NCBI GenBank assembly: GCA_964016885.1
Contig: OZ024745.1
Span: 17,546,001-17,610,000, forward strand
DNA from: Eledone cirrhosa
Lineage: Eukaryota
Direction: 5' to 3'
DNA: 64,000 nt
Below, piece after piece: positions 27,174 through 40,933 of this stretch (position 1 is the stretch's first letter; every line of letters starts with the position of its first letter). The notes beneath the pieces are model-generated. The model ran no database searches, was not told the DNA's origin, and saw nothing but the letters and a program-made list of their open reading frames with translations. The position numbers and the translations under genes are program-made.

Positions 27174-28333
27174 TAAGGCGGGTTAAATTCCCGAGATCCA
27201 TGGACGAGTTCTCTCCAGCGGTCTCTGTCCCTCATTATCGCTGCCATGTCCTGCATCTCCAACAGACCAGTGTCTGTCCTTAGGGCATCAACATACGTTA
27301 ACCTTGGTATTCCTCTTCTAGTGTGTCCATATAGGGGCTCCCAAAGGAGTACTGAGTGCAATGTCAACTCTGGATGTCGGTGAGCATGTCCAGATAACCT
27401 CAGTCTCCTCTGTGTCACCTTTGAGCTGACTTTTGGGATGCTCCCATACAGCTCTGAGTTTTTCATCCTCAGTGTATACTGATTAATGTTCAGAGCCATC
27501 CTCAGCATTCTCGTGTAGCACCCATCCACCATCTGAGTGAGTTTCTTGGTCAGTGTCCAAGTCTCAGACCCATACAGCAGCACAGACTCCACTACAGCAA
27601 TGAAGAGGCGGATTTTCAGGTCTCTACGAAGGTCCGACTTCCACACCGATCTCAGGCTGTGGCACGCCGCCCAGGCCTTGCTCTTCCTCTCAACCACATC
27701 ATCTTCCGTATTCCCAATCTTTGCTCCCAAATACAGGAAGTCCTAAACCAATTCCAGCGGCTTCCCGTCTACATTAGTGATCCCCTCTGGCTTCTCAACA
27801 TTCTCTACCAGATATTTTGTTTTAGTCTCATTCCTTCTCAGCCCCACATTCATCGACACAGTCTCAACCTCCCGCATCAAATTCTCTGCCTCCTTCACTG
27901 TATTTGTCACCAAAATTATGTCGTCGGCAAATTCAGCATCCGATACCTTTTTCGCCCTAACTCTCCTGCTCTGAGCCGGTGCTACAGTAAAGCCAGAGTT
28001 CTGCTGTTTCTCCAGTGCATGGCGCATACAATAGTCCACTACGATGATAAAAAGGTAGGAAGCCAATGTATCTCCCTGGAGCACTCCAGCCAGTATCTCA
28101 AAGAACTCTGTCATCCCATCAGGTGTAATGACTTGGGCTTTGGTGTTGGTGTAGAGCAGTGATATCAGGTCCACTATCCTCTTGGGGATTCCATAAGCCT
28201 GTAAGATCTTCATCAGGCAGTAAGGGTCGACAGAATCAAAGGCCTTCCTAAAGTCAATGAAAACAATGACCGCAGGAAGGCACTTTGCTCTAGCTCCCTC
28301 TAATATCCTCGTCAGCATCAGGATGTGACTGGT

Positions 28334-28336
<3 letters not shown>
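27174..28336 (-). mobile_element. 5'-truncated RTE-clade LINE (RT domain), one in-frame stop
   Basis: FIDFRKAFDSV, GVLQGDTLA, FADDI, LLYGSETW; TAG at 27743-27745 splits the frame; TAGA/TA tail. Confidence 0.95.
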
Positions 28337-28383
<47 letters not shown>

Positions 28384-28519
28384 AAAGTTCTATTTAAATT
28401 GTTGGGATACAACAAGTAAATATTTGTATAACTGATATAACTGATATAAAGCACTCGACAAGTATTTGGAGTAGATATACGATATTAACAAATGGAAACT
28501 ATATTTATAAAACCATATT

Positions 28520-28584
28520 TATTTCATTATACATATTTCAAGGATACCAAGTTAAATTATGGTATGCCTTCATCAGACAAAATA
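28520..28584 (-). ncRNA. Type I hammerhead ribozyme (left arm of large palindrome)
   Basis: TATTTTGT-CTGATGA-AGGCATACCA(10 nt loop)TGGTATCCTT-GAAAT-ATGT-ATA-ATGAAATA. Confidence 0.83.
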
Positions 28585-31500
28585 CAATATATACCAGTTT
28601 TATAAATAAACATTGACGTACCCTTTCAAAATGCGACCGTTACTTTTGGAAGACATCAGGATAGTGGTTTGTTTATTTTAGTAAGTCGTAGTGTTAAGGA
28701 TAAGTAAAGAGACGGAGAGAGAGAGAGAAACCTGGAGAAAAGAAAGGGAGAGATAAATAAAGAAAAAGAGGAAAGAAAAAGAGGAAAGAAAAAGAAAAAA
28801 AGGAAAACAGAGGAAAACAACAGAGAGATATCAAACCACCAGACAGAGAGAAAAACCTCAAGAGAGAGATATATAAAGATAGAGAGAGGGGGAGAGAACG
28901 AAAACCTTAAGTCATGTCATATTAAGTTGAGTTAACCATTGAGATGAAATGAATAAATAAAATTAGAAATATTAATATTCATGAATGGAATATACGTATA
29001 TAATATGAGAAATTAATCATTGATTAATTATGATGAGATATTTAGTTTAAAAATTGAGATCAATATATTAAAAATTGGAATTTAAACATCACAAAATATA
29101 TATATTGCTAGAGAAATTACCTATCGTATAGCCCGTACATAGAGGCAAAGATACATAAATATATATATACACACACACTCAGAAAATACACATTATATCT
29201 ACTCCCGCATATAATATATACATACAAAGCATAAGTGATTTTTTTTATTACTGCTATACATTCCTTGTGTTATTAAAAAACATTTTTTGTATATATATAT
29301 AAATATATAGGATTAACTTTCATGCATTTATAGCTGTTAAAATTATGCATATCTGCAATCAAAACTGCATGGGTAAGCATGTACATGTACACACACAATT
29401 CCTAGCTATACATATATAAATATGTGTGTGCATCTTCACCCAATTGGTAGACACGCGTCACTCATTAATATATACAGACAGACATATTATCATAAAAAAG
29501 CATATAACACATGTATATGTATGTTAATACACATATATAGATACATAGTGGTATAGAGATAAGTATACATCAATATATTACATAGTACAATTGAGTATAT
29601 AAAATACAAAAGGATTATATTTTGGAAATATAATTATATCAATATAACTTAAAAGACAAACGAATTCTACAATTATCAAAATATTAAAATATTTTAAGAT
29701 ATTATAGAATATCTTAAGTTAAAATAATATGTTTAATAGATTTAGTATAGAAATTTATCTTACGTATATTTTAATCAAGATATTGAAAGGATAAACTTTT
29801 GAAAATTATGAGAAGCTATCAGAATAAAAACAAACCTAATAAAAAATAAATAAAATATCATATCAATATAACTTAAAAAACAAGGATTCTACATGAATTC
29901 AAAATATTAAAATATTTTAAAATATTATAGAATATTTTAAGCTAAAATAATATGTTTAATATATTTAGTATAGAAATTTATCTTACGTATATTTTATTTA
30001 AGATATTGAAAGGATAAACCTTTCTAGAGTAGTTTATTATATTTATATTTATATTTAGGAAGAAAATTTATACTTGAGTATTTAACCAAAGAAAATGAAA
30101 AAGGTGAAGGAATCTAATGATTTATCGACAAGTTTCTTATATTAACCAAATTACTTTATTAATTATACTACATTTAAATTTATATTTATATGTAAACGTT
30201 GAGTTCAACCTATGTCTGCAGCAACTGAATAAATTATTCCTTAAATTAAGAGAATTTTTGGTCTTTAATATAAAAAATATTTCCTCTATACAAAGATCAC
30301 AATTTTCTGAAGAGGAAATAAAAGGAGTAGCTTGTGAAATAATATTCCAAATCAGCGAATATTCAACATTATCTCGTTTTAGGTCCCATAATAGGCTAGA
30401 TAGCGAAGTTGAAATTCTTTTATAGATCCAAACAAAAAATCTTCAACTTCGCTATCTAGCCTATTATGGGACCTAAAACGAGATAATATTTAATATTCGC
30501 TGATTTGGAATATTATTTCACAAGCTACTCCTTTTAATTCCTCTTCAGAAAATTGTGATCTTTGTATAGAGGAAATGTTCTTTATATTAAAGACCAAAAA
30601 TTCCCTTAATTTAAGGAATGATTTATTCAGTTGCTGCAGACATAGATTGAACTCAACGTTTAAATATAAATATAAATTTTAAATGTAGTATAATTAATTA
30701 AGTAATTTGGTTAATATATGAAATCTGTCGATAAATCATTAGATTCCTTCACCTTTTTCATTTTCTTAGGTTAAATACTCAAGTATAAATTTTCTTCCTA
30801 AATATAAATATAAATATAATAAACTACTCTAGAAAAGTTTATCCTTTCAATATCTTAAATAAAATATACGTAAGATAAATTTCTATACTAAATCTATTAA
30901 ACATATTATTTTAACTTAAGATGTTCTATAATATTTTAAAATATTTTAATATTTTGATATCTGTAGAATCCTTGTTTTTTAAGTTATATTGATATGATAT
31001 TTTATTTATTTTTTATTAGGTTTGTTTTTATTCTGATAGCTTCTCATAATTTTCAAGAGTTTATCCTTTCAATATCTTGATTAAAATATACGTAAGATAA
31101 ATTTCTATACTAAATCTATTAAACATATTATTTTAACTTAAGATGTTCTATAATATTTTAAAATATTTTAATATTTTGATATTTGTAGAATTCGTTTGTC
31201 TTTTAAGTTATATTGATATAATTATATTTCCAAAATATAATCCTTTTGTATTTTATATACTCAATTGTACTATGTAATATATTGATGGATACTTATCTCC
31301 ATACCACAATGTATCTATATATGTGTATTAACATACATATACATGTGTTATATACTTTTTGATGATTATATGTCTGTCTGTATATATGCAGGAGTGACGC
31401 GTGTCTACCAATTGGGTGAAGATGCACACATATTTATATATGTATAGCTAGGAATTGTGTGCGTACATGTACATGCTTACCCATGCAGTTTTGATTGCAG

Positions 31501-32258
31501 ATATGCATAATTTTAACAGCCATAAATGCATAAAAGTTAATTCTATATATTTATATATATATACTAAACATTTTATTTAATAACACAAGGAATGTATAGC
31601 AGTAATAAAAAAAAATCACTTATGCTTTGTATGTATATATTATATGCGGGAGTAGATATAATGTGTATTTTCTGAGTGTGTGTGTATATATATATTTATG
31701 TATCTTTGCCTCTATGTACGTGCTATACGATAGGTAATTTCTCTAGCAATATATATATTTTGTGATGTTTAAATTCCAATTTTTAATATATTGATCTCAA
31801 TTTTTAAACTAAATATCTCATCATAATTAAACAATGATTAATTTCTCCTATTATATACGTATATTCCATTCATGAATATTAATATTTCTAATTTTATTTA
31901 TTCATTTCATCTCAATTATTAACTCAACTTAATATGACATGACTTAAGGTTTTCGTTCTCTCCCCCTCTCTCTATCTCTATATTTCTCTCTCTTGAGTTT
32001 TTTCTCTCTATCTGGTGGTTTTATATCTCTCTGTTGTTTTCCTCTGTTTTCTTTTTTTCTTTTTTCTTTCCTCTTTTTCTTTATTTATCTCTCCCTTTCT
32101 TTTCTCCAGGTTTCTCTCTCTCTCTCTCCGTCTTTTTACTTATCCTTAACACTACGACTTACTAAAATAAACAAACCACTATCCTGATGTCTTCCAAAAG
32201 TAACGGTCGCATTTTGAAAGGGTACGTCAATGTTTATTTATAAAACTGGTATATATTG

Positions 32259-32335
32259 TATTTTGTCTGATGAAGGCATACTATAATTTAACTTGGTATA
32301 TGTATAATGAAATAAATATGTATAATGAAATAAAT
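32259..32335 (+). ncRNA. Broken hammerhead (right arm): CCTTGAAA segment lost, downstream 19 bp duplicated
   Basis: Comparison with 28520-28584. Confidence 0.65.
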
Positions 32336-32371
32336 ATGGTTTTATAAATATAGTTTCCATTTGTTAATATC

Positions 32372-32419
<48 letters not shown>

Positions 32420-33721
32420 TACGCTATATAACACATTGTCTCTTTATACATCATGATATACATACTCAATTATGAATATTGTAGAGTGTTTGAAAAAATA
32501 AGCACGTATCAAAACATGCTTCTACATCATTTACTTTAATTTTACATATCCATAACATCTCACTTAATCCTTATGAATTATATATTTGGTGTCTGAAGAG
32601 AAGTTGAAACATTTTAAAAACGTTTATATTAACATATCTAATAACTGGAATAAAACGGATATAATAAAAGAAGTATATCACGTATTTGTGTTATACTATG
32701 TTATTTGATATCTGCATTCCAATGTTAGATATTAAATGCTAAAACATTTTTGAAAGAAAACATATAAAAACGATTTATATTGACTTACATTTTTATATTT
32801 TGTCTCATATTATCGTTCTATTTCTTCTTCTAATTCTCCATCTTTTTTTATACATCTCTTCTTCCTTCATTTTATTGGTTCTTTTATTTACTTATTTTTC
32901 ATCATGTCTGACGAATTTATATCTTCTCTATCATTATATATTATTATTACTGTTATTATTATTTATATTATTAGTATATGTTCATAACATTTATGGGAGT
33001 GTCTACGGCATTACAATGTGTTCGATTTCACTGAAGAATAATATGCTACTGTAAAATCTTAGGCTTAAAATATTTAGATCCTTTCATAAAGGCACAGGTT
33101 CGAAAACTAATTCCGCACATGAATATCTCTCGTTCCAGTGAGGAAGAAAAGAACTACGATTGTATGTCTATGTAACAGGGTCTAGTGACATTGCAAAGCC
33201 AATTTCACAAAGCATAGTGAAAGATTGAAGAGATGCAAGCGGTTTTTACATGCCTAGTGGCCATTGCTAAATAGTTTGAATGTTGGAGTCGATTAAAGAG
33301 GCAGCAACAAAACACTTTCCTTTTTGGCCAAGTGAAACGTAAAGAGGAAAAGCAGGGTTGAGATGTAAGCATTGTTTTCTATTAATGTTATTGAAAGGGG
33401 GATGAGAGTGGTGAGCGTGGCCCATTGCACCGTTCACCCCTAGCTATAGGCCTGTAAATCGGAGCTGGTGAACTGGGATAATGAACTTGCCCCAGCAGTC
33501 AGGCCAGCCGTTTTTTTCATGTTTTTTGTTAAACGAGTATCATTCGAACGTCTCTTCCATATTGAGCATTACCCATTGTTATAATTTTATGGTTATTTAC
33601 CTTCTATTTTGTTAAGCATGTATGCACCCCCACACATACGTAAATACACACCCACTGAATGTTTTCTCTTGTGTCGTCCTTAAAATGTTTTTAATTGAGA
33701 ATCATGATTATACTTATGCGC

Positions 33722-33937
33722 TGGAATGGCAGTATCGGCCCAACGTCAGATAATATGCTTTGTGGCATATAGTTATGGCCCTTTACGTTCTGTGTTCAAA
33801 TTCCGTCAAGAGTAGTTTTGCCTTTCATCCTTACAGGGTCGACAAAATAAAGTATCAGTTACGCTCTTGTATCAATTTATTCGACTTTCCCTTTCCCCAA
33901 CAATTGCTGGCCTTGTGCCTAAATTAGAAACCATTAT
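33722..33937 (+). mobile_element. Older, longer variant of the tRNA-derived SINE
   Basis: TGGCAGTATCGG, GTTCAAATTC, GTCGACAAAATAAAGTATCAG, an extra ~35 bp before TTGCTGGCCTTGTGCC. Confidence 0.8.
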
Positions 33938-34420
33938 TCTGATTATGTTGATCTTGATAACGTCGAGGGAGATATCAATGATGATGGTTGTGATCATGAC
34001 TCTGCTTGAGGCAATATTTCTAAAGAAAATATAAAACCTTTAACATAATATTAAATCAATGGATTTTAACATTCAGTAAATTGGAAAATATGTTGTTAAT
34101 GAATCGGCGAAGAGAAGAGAATATTAATGTGATACAGCTTACTGCCTATTAACAACTAGGAAATTAAATACAATTACAAAATCATGTATACAGAACTAAA
34201 ATCATCCACTAATTACATGTCTAAGTTAAACAGTTAGGCCCTTTTAATATGTGGGTATATTAAAACACTGTAATATGGAATGTATAATTACAATATTGAA
34301 ACCTAAAAACGGAAGCAAATAATCTCAATATAGAAATAGATGTGAAATCAACATAAGATTATATTTAAAAAAATTCATATAATAGAAACAAAGCCCGATG
34401 AAATAGATGCAGCATCATCA

Positions 34421-34451
<31 letters not shown>

Positions 34452-34794
34452 CTTCTTCTTCTTCTTCTATGTGTGTTTATGTGTACTTATGGTTTTGTGA
34501 ATGAATTCCTATAGAGGGAATATGAGCGGAAGCATTTCATATATATATATATAAGTGTATGTGTGTGGGTACGTGTGTGTATGTGTGAGTTTGTGTGATG
34601 CCTCTTTCTTTGTGTTTACCTTGTTTATTTTACATTCCCTGTATCCGTGTATTTCGGCAAATAGGTATCGTTAAAATATGACTTAATAGATTATTAAAAT
34701 GCCTTCAAGTTTGTGAACCTACCACGACACGAGTCTAATGACTGAGTGCAGCGAAACTAATAAACGAAAGATTATGAGTGAGAAAGCGTGAAAA

Positions 34795-34801
34795 GGAGAG
34801 A

Positions 34802-34888
<87 letters not shown>

Positions 34889-35065
34889 AGACAGAGAGAG
34901 AGAGAGGGGGTAGAGAGAGAGAGAGAGAGGGAGAGAGAGAGAGAGAGAGGGAGATAGAGAGAGAGAGGGAGAGAGAGAGAGAGAGAGAGAGAGGGGAGAG
35001 AGAGAGAGAGAGAGAGAGAGGGGTAGAGAGAGAGAGAGTGTGTGTAAAAAGGAGAGAGAGAGGGA
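34795..35065. repeat. (GA)n microsatellite
   Basis: Directly visible. Confidence 0.95.
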
Positions 35066-35367
35066 AGACACGGTGTTTATTTTGTAATTCGGTCGAATGT
35101 AATTTAATATATCATATAAGTATATATATTTACTTCTTGCTCCATAGTGATGTAGATAACACAAATTGTCAAGGACAAGTTGTGTGGCATAATGTGCTGA
35201 CCTCATAAAGTGAAATACTGCGATTGCTATTGGAGAAATATTTGGGACAGTGTCAATTACATCCTGATTATTACATATTAACTATTTGCAACACGTTTTC
35301 TCTCTCTGCCACATTGTTTTTCTTCGTTTGCTATATTTTGTAGGTCGTAGTCAACTATCGGAACAAA

Positions 35368-35526
35368 ATGAAAAATTTGAAAGGAATTCAGAGTTATATT
35401 GGTAAAGCTGCAAATTATGTAAATATTCCGTTTTTTGTAGCTGGAGTTTATACTACTACAGTTATTGTACTGTTGACTTCACAATCTTTACACATCACAC
35501 GGCTAGAGAAAAGATCTAACACGTCC
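35368..35526 (+). CDS. Coding exon 1 of short-chain collagen C4-like domain protein (hydrophobic anchor/signal)
   Basis: Polypyrimidine acceptor TTTTGTAG ending at 35343, ATG at 35368, hydrophobic IPFFVAGVYTTTVIVLL, donor GTAAGT at 35527 (phase 0, compatible with the next exon). Confidence 0.7.
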
Positions 35527-35605
35527 GTAAGTCTTTCATTTATGCACATTTGTTGAGATAATTGTCATTAAATTGTAAAACGCGATATTTACAAGCATAG
35601 ACTGA

Positions 35606-35810
35606 AGAGTTAATAAGCTGAAAAGTTCATAGGCTGACGAAAGTATTCTCACGGAATGACCAAATGATGTTTATGTTTCAACATAGACCGTGGAAATAAA
35701 CGACAATGTAATCATTAATATGAAGAGTAGAAATTAATGCATGCAAGATTTCACAACCCTAACAGCACTCATTCTTAGCCAGCCTATAATCTTTTCAGCC
35801 CATCCTTTTA
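35606..35810. mobile_element. Tc1/mariner-type MITE
   Basis: TIR GCTGAAAAGTTCATAGGCTG / CAGCCTATAATCTTTTCAGC; related to the copies at 57764 and 59285. Confidence 0.7.
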
Positions 35811-36155
35811 ATAATGTAAGTGATAATTTTGCGTTAACACCCAAGTCGGAAGGTCACTCTAATTGGAGTCTTTAAAAATCTTGCGCATTTTAAATCTAAT
35901 ACAATGAAGTGTTTTATAATTTATCGTTTAGATTGTCTTTTTATTCAGCAAGTAGTTGTAGTCTTTACAACACGATACCTCCAGTTTCGATTTACCTAAA
36001 TAAAAATAAATATTATGCAATATATGTAAACATATATAAATACATGTTTTAGAAGATCCCGTTAAGGTTTAAAGCAGCGATTCTTTGCTTAAACTTTAAT
36101 CGGTTATTTTAATAAATAAATATATATATATATACATATATTAATATATATATGA

Positions 36156-36186
<31 letters not shown>

Positions 36187-36376
36187 CGTGTGCGTGTGTG
36201 TCTGTGTCTGTGTGTGCTTGCGTGTACGTGTATGTACGTATGTGGGTGTGTGTACGTATTACATATATTACATATATTTATGATATATATATATTTAGAA
36301 GCAGGGGGAGATATATGTTATTATATATATAGATAGATAAATAGATAGATAGAGAGAGAGAGAGTAAGAGAGGGAG

Positions 36377-36452
<76 letters not shown>

Positions 36453-36759
36453 CATATATGCACGCGCGTGTGTTTATGTGTTACACAAACAACGTTATAT
36501 GAACATTGCGAACAGTAAATGTACTAAGATATTTACTTCGCTTCAGTTAAATAGTTCGTCACATTTTCAAGCAGCCCTCTTATTGATATTTAGCTTGTCC
36601 CATTAGTATTCCATACAACTAAGGGTCTAACACGTGTATCTCCTTTCATTTCTAGACTGATACGATACACTTATAAATGTGATAATAAAACACTTGCATA
36701 GTGGACAGATTTGAGGAAATAAACAAACACAATTAAGTTTGGAAAAGTGTAGCAGACAA

Positions 36760-36895
36760 GATCAACTCCTCCCTACTTATCACCATAGGCGCTGAGCTGG
36801 CCAGCCAGAGGTGTTAGCCTCGCCAGTTGGAATGGCTCTTCCAGCGCGTCTCCCTTGCCGTCCTCCGAGGAAACGCCTTCTCCATTCTGTCCGAT
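36760..36895 (+). mobile_element. 3' fragment of a CRE-like non-LTR retrotransposon
   Basis: IGAELASQRC*PRQLEWLFQRVSLAVLRGNAFSILS. Confidence 0.65.
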
Positions 36896-37436
36896 GAGGT
36901 TGTGGGGAGACCACCAATATGATTGAAGACTTGTCGTTTTATCAGTCAACCTGTAAAACTTTTCCTGATTTGTCTATGTTTTCTACGGCCATTAATCACT
37001 TGGTTGCCACCCGTGGCAGGTCGGTGTTACAGAAAACCTGTTCCGTAAGAATATATATTCCATGAAAATTCATCAGGTTTTCTTAGGATGTATATTTTGT
37101 CTGGTTTGCCCTAATAATTAGTTCCCCACTCTCGTATTAGTAAGTGGTTGAGGAATTCTATTCGTGTAAAAGAGCCAATCAATTTCCGAATCTAGTGAAT
37201 AGCCAACCACAGCTGTGGGTTTACAACTCTCTGGGCAAAGCAACGTGACACATATCGGTAGCTCACATACATATATCCTCAATGTTCCTCATAGTGTTTC
37301 ATTTGCTTGCATACACTCCTACCTACGCATACCATCACGCTCACACACACATATATACACACACACGCACACAGACACGTATCAGCATATAATATATGAT
37401 GGTAAGCTAGTATATTTTATGTCATTAAAGCATACA

Positions 37437-38479
<1,043 letters not shown>

Positions 38480-38526
38480 AATATATCTACATATATGTAT
38501 ATGAATATATATATATATATATCTAC

Positions 38527-38593
<67 letters not shown>

Positions 38594-38650
38594 CTACCTT
38601 GATTAAATCTTAATTATTTAACATCTCAGGGTATGTCATGTATCATTATA

Positions 38651-38702
38651 TTTTGTCTGATGAGAACGTACTGCTGTACCTCTGAAATATGTATAATACA
38701 AA
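38651..38702 (+). ncRNA. Type I hammerhead in a short PLE 3'-end fragment (same family as 23843-23980)
   Basis: TTTTGT-CTGATGA-GAACGTAC(TGCT)GTACCTCT-GAAAT-ATGT-ATA-ATACAAA; stems imperfect; flanks match the reverse complement of 23843-23975. Confidence 0.7.
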
Positions 38703-38865
38703 TGAATTGATCAAAAGAACATCTATTTATTAATATGTGTATTTTAATATTAATAACTCTGGAACATTATTTTTAACTGTAGAATGCTTCCAACTACTGT
38801 AAAACTCATTCGTTGATGTACTCACTGAATCTTGTTTAACTCTTTAGTATATATATTTTTATATA

Positions 38866-38935
<70 letters not shown>

Positions 38936-38974
38936 TATATAAATATATGTCTATATAAATATATATATATTATA

Positions 38975-39168
38975 GGGAATTGGATTCGCAATCGTAAGGT
39001 TGTGAGTTCGATTCCTGGACCAGATGATGCGTTATATCCTTGAGCAAGACACTTTATTTCACGTTGCTCCTTCTACCTGGAGTTGCGACCAATAGATAGT
39101 ATTAACAATTGGAAAGAACAACGGAAACATTGTTCCCTCGGTCCGATTTGACGAATGTCGATAGCTAA
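38975..39168 (+). mobile_element. Second tRNA-derived SINE family (CORE-like central domain), partial
   Basis: B box GAGTTCGATTCC; CCTTGAGCAAGACACTTTATTTCACGTTG; related to 47159-47552. Confidence 0.6.
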
Positions 39169-39189
39169 AAAATATATATATATATATAT

Positions 39190-39772
39190 ATATTGTTATA
39201 CTTTGGGAGGGTCATGTTGCCAATAAGAAACACACGCACCAGTGTTTCACTTCAACTTATTATAATAAATTTATAAATTTAGGAATTTATAAATTTCCGG
39301 TTGGTTGGTTGGTTCCACAACCAGATGGTTGTTTATATATTGTCAAAGTTCTTTCGTCACACATTCTGTGACCTCTTCAGGGACTGGGGCTTCTTTTCTT
39401 TGTTTTTTGTGCCTCTCCTTTGTTCTGTCCTACGCCATCTTGTTTTTACACACAAAAACAAGATTGTGTAGGACAGAACAAAAGAGAAGCACAAAAAACA
39501 AAGAAAAGAACCCCCAGTCACTGAAGAGGTCACATAATGTGTGACGAAAGAACTTTGACAATATATAAACAACCATCTGGTTGTGGAACCAACCAACCAA
39601 CCGGAAATTTATAAATTCCTAAATTTATAAATTTATTATAATAAATGGAAGTTAATGCACCTGGTGCGTGTGTTTCTTATTGGTAACATGACCCTCCCAA
39701 ATTATAACAATATCGGTTTCAACACACGTTTTCAGATAAAGAATCTTGCTAAACAAATTCAGAAACGAAATA
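39190..39772 (+). mobile_element. Inverted pLTR pair of the 61-64 kb PLE family (arms about 39190-39447 / 39454-39713, ~58 bp right tail)
   Basis: Near-perfect palindrome matching 61251-61570; HHR in each arm; (TA)n flanks. Confidence 0.88.
39517..39559 (+). ncRNA. Minimal type I hammerhead (mirror copy 39342-39384 on - strand)
   Basis: GTCA-CTGAAGA-G-GTCACA(TAATG)TGTGAC-GAAAG-AA-CTT-TGAC; CUU triplet, very short stem III. Confidence 0.72.
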
Positions 39773-40105
39773 TATATATATATATATACAGTCAAATATT
39801 ATAGTTTGATTGAAGCATTGTAGATAATATATAACGTTGAAAGAGATAGAAGGCTCGAAGGCTAAATAAAGCAAAATGGACTGTAATATGATGTAACTTT
39901 TACTTTTCTTTACCTCATCTTGCAGTCCATTTTGCATTGCTTTTGCCTTATATCTCTTTCAACGTTATCTATCTACCTTCCTATCTATCTATCTATCTAT
40001 ATATATAAATACATATATATAAATACATATATATATATATGTTATATATATATGTTATATATATGTTATATATATATGTTATATATATGTTCTATATAGT
40101 AATAA

Positions 40106-40295
40106 TAATTGTTTCTACTTTAGGCACAAGGCCAGCAATTACCCAGTTCATTACTGGTACTTTATTTTATCGACCCCGTAAGGATGAAAGGCAAAATCAA
40201 CCTCGGCGGGATTTGAACTCAGATCGTAAAGGGACGTAACTAGGCTGGAAAGCATGCCGTCCGACCCTCTACCGATACTGCCAATCCACCGCCCG
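40106..40295 (-). mobile_element. Full-length tRNA-derived SINE with 17 bp TSD
   Basis: TATATAGTAATAATAAT at 40093-40109 and 40296-40312. Confidence 0.93.
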
Positions 40296-40742
40296 TATAT
40301 AGTAATAATAATAATTGTGAAGACTAAAATCCAAACAGGGCTCGATAAGGATAAATATATATCAAATATATAAGAACTCTAGAGCAAATATTTATTAAAA
40401 TAACAGATTAAAGTTTAAGCAAAGAATCGCTGCTTTCACCCTTAAAAGTCCGCTATCAGGAGATTAGGTCATGGCTTTAGCGTACACCGAACGGACTGGT
40501 TTCTCTTTACTTTGTTCGTATTTTCTTGACCGATGTCTGTATCGACGATTGTGTTTGGATGCGATTTTCTTCGGAGGGCCTTTGCTTACTTTAATAATCT
40601 TGTTAATGGACGTGGATATTGACTGGATGTTTCCTACGGTATTTATCTCTTGTTCCTGAGAATTTTCTTGAGGTGATGCCTTTACTGCTATAATACCATA
40701 TGGAGTGAGCGGGTATATTGTTAGGGTATAGGTATCTTTACT

Positions 40743-40933
40743 AGGCGTTATTGGCAGTATCGGTAGTGGGTCGGGCTCCATGCTTTGCAGCGTAGAGGTT
40801 CGCCCCTTGACGATCTGAGTTCAAATCCCGCTGAGGTTAACTTAGCCTTTCATCCTTACGAGGTCGATAACATAAAGTACCAGTAATGCACTGGGATAAT
40901 TGCTGGCCTTCTGCGAAAAGTAGAAACAGTTAT
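40743..40933 (+). mobile_element. tRNA-derived SINE
   Basis: A/B boxes, body and tail. Confidence 0.9.

Larger units (their letters stand above)
28381..32374. mobile_element. 3.9 kb palindrome of two inverted, outward-reading PLE 3' ends (arms about 28476-30413 and 30442-32374, 28 bp spacer, ~95 bp left tail)
   Basis: Arms are reverse complements with scattered differences. The centre encodes a GIY-YIG C-terminus (NSFIDPNKKSSTSLSSLLWDLK...CDLCIEE...CCRH) homologous to ORF 26103-26825. HHR at the outer ends. Confidence 0.92.

Noticed and set aside
30117-30425. 102 aa + strand ORF
   Set aside because: It is antisense to the PLE GIY-YIG remnant in the left palindrome arm.
35628-35645. CTGACGAAAG as a hammerhead core
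   Set aside because: It lies in the mariner MITE terminal repeat and has no stems.
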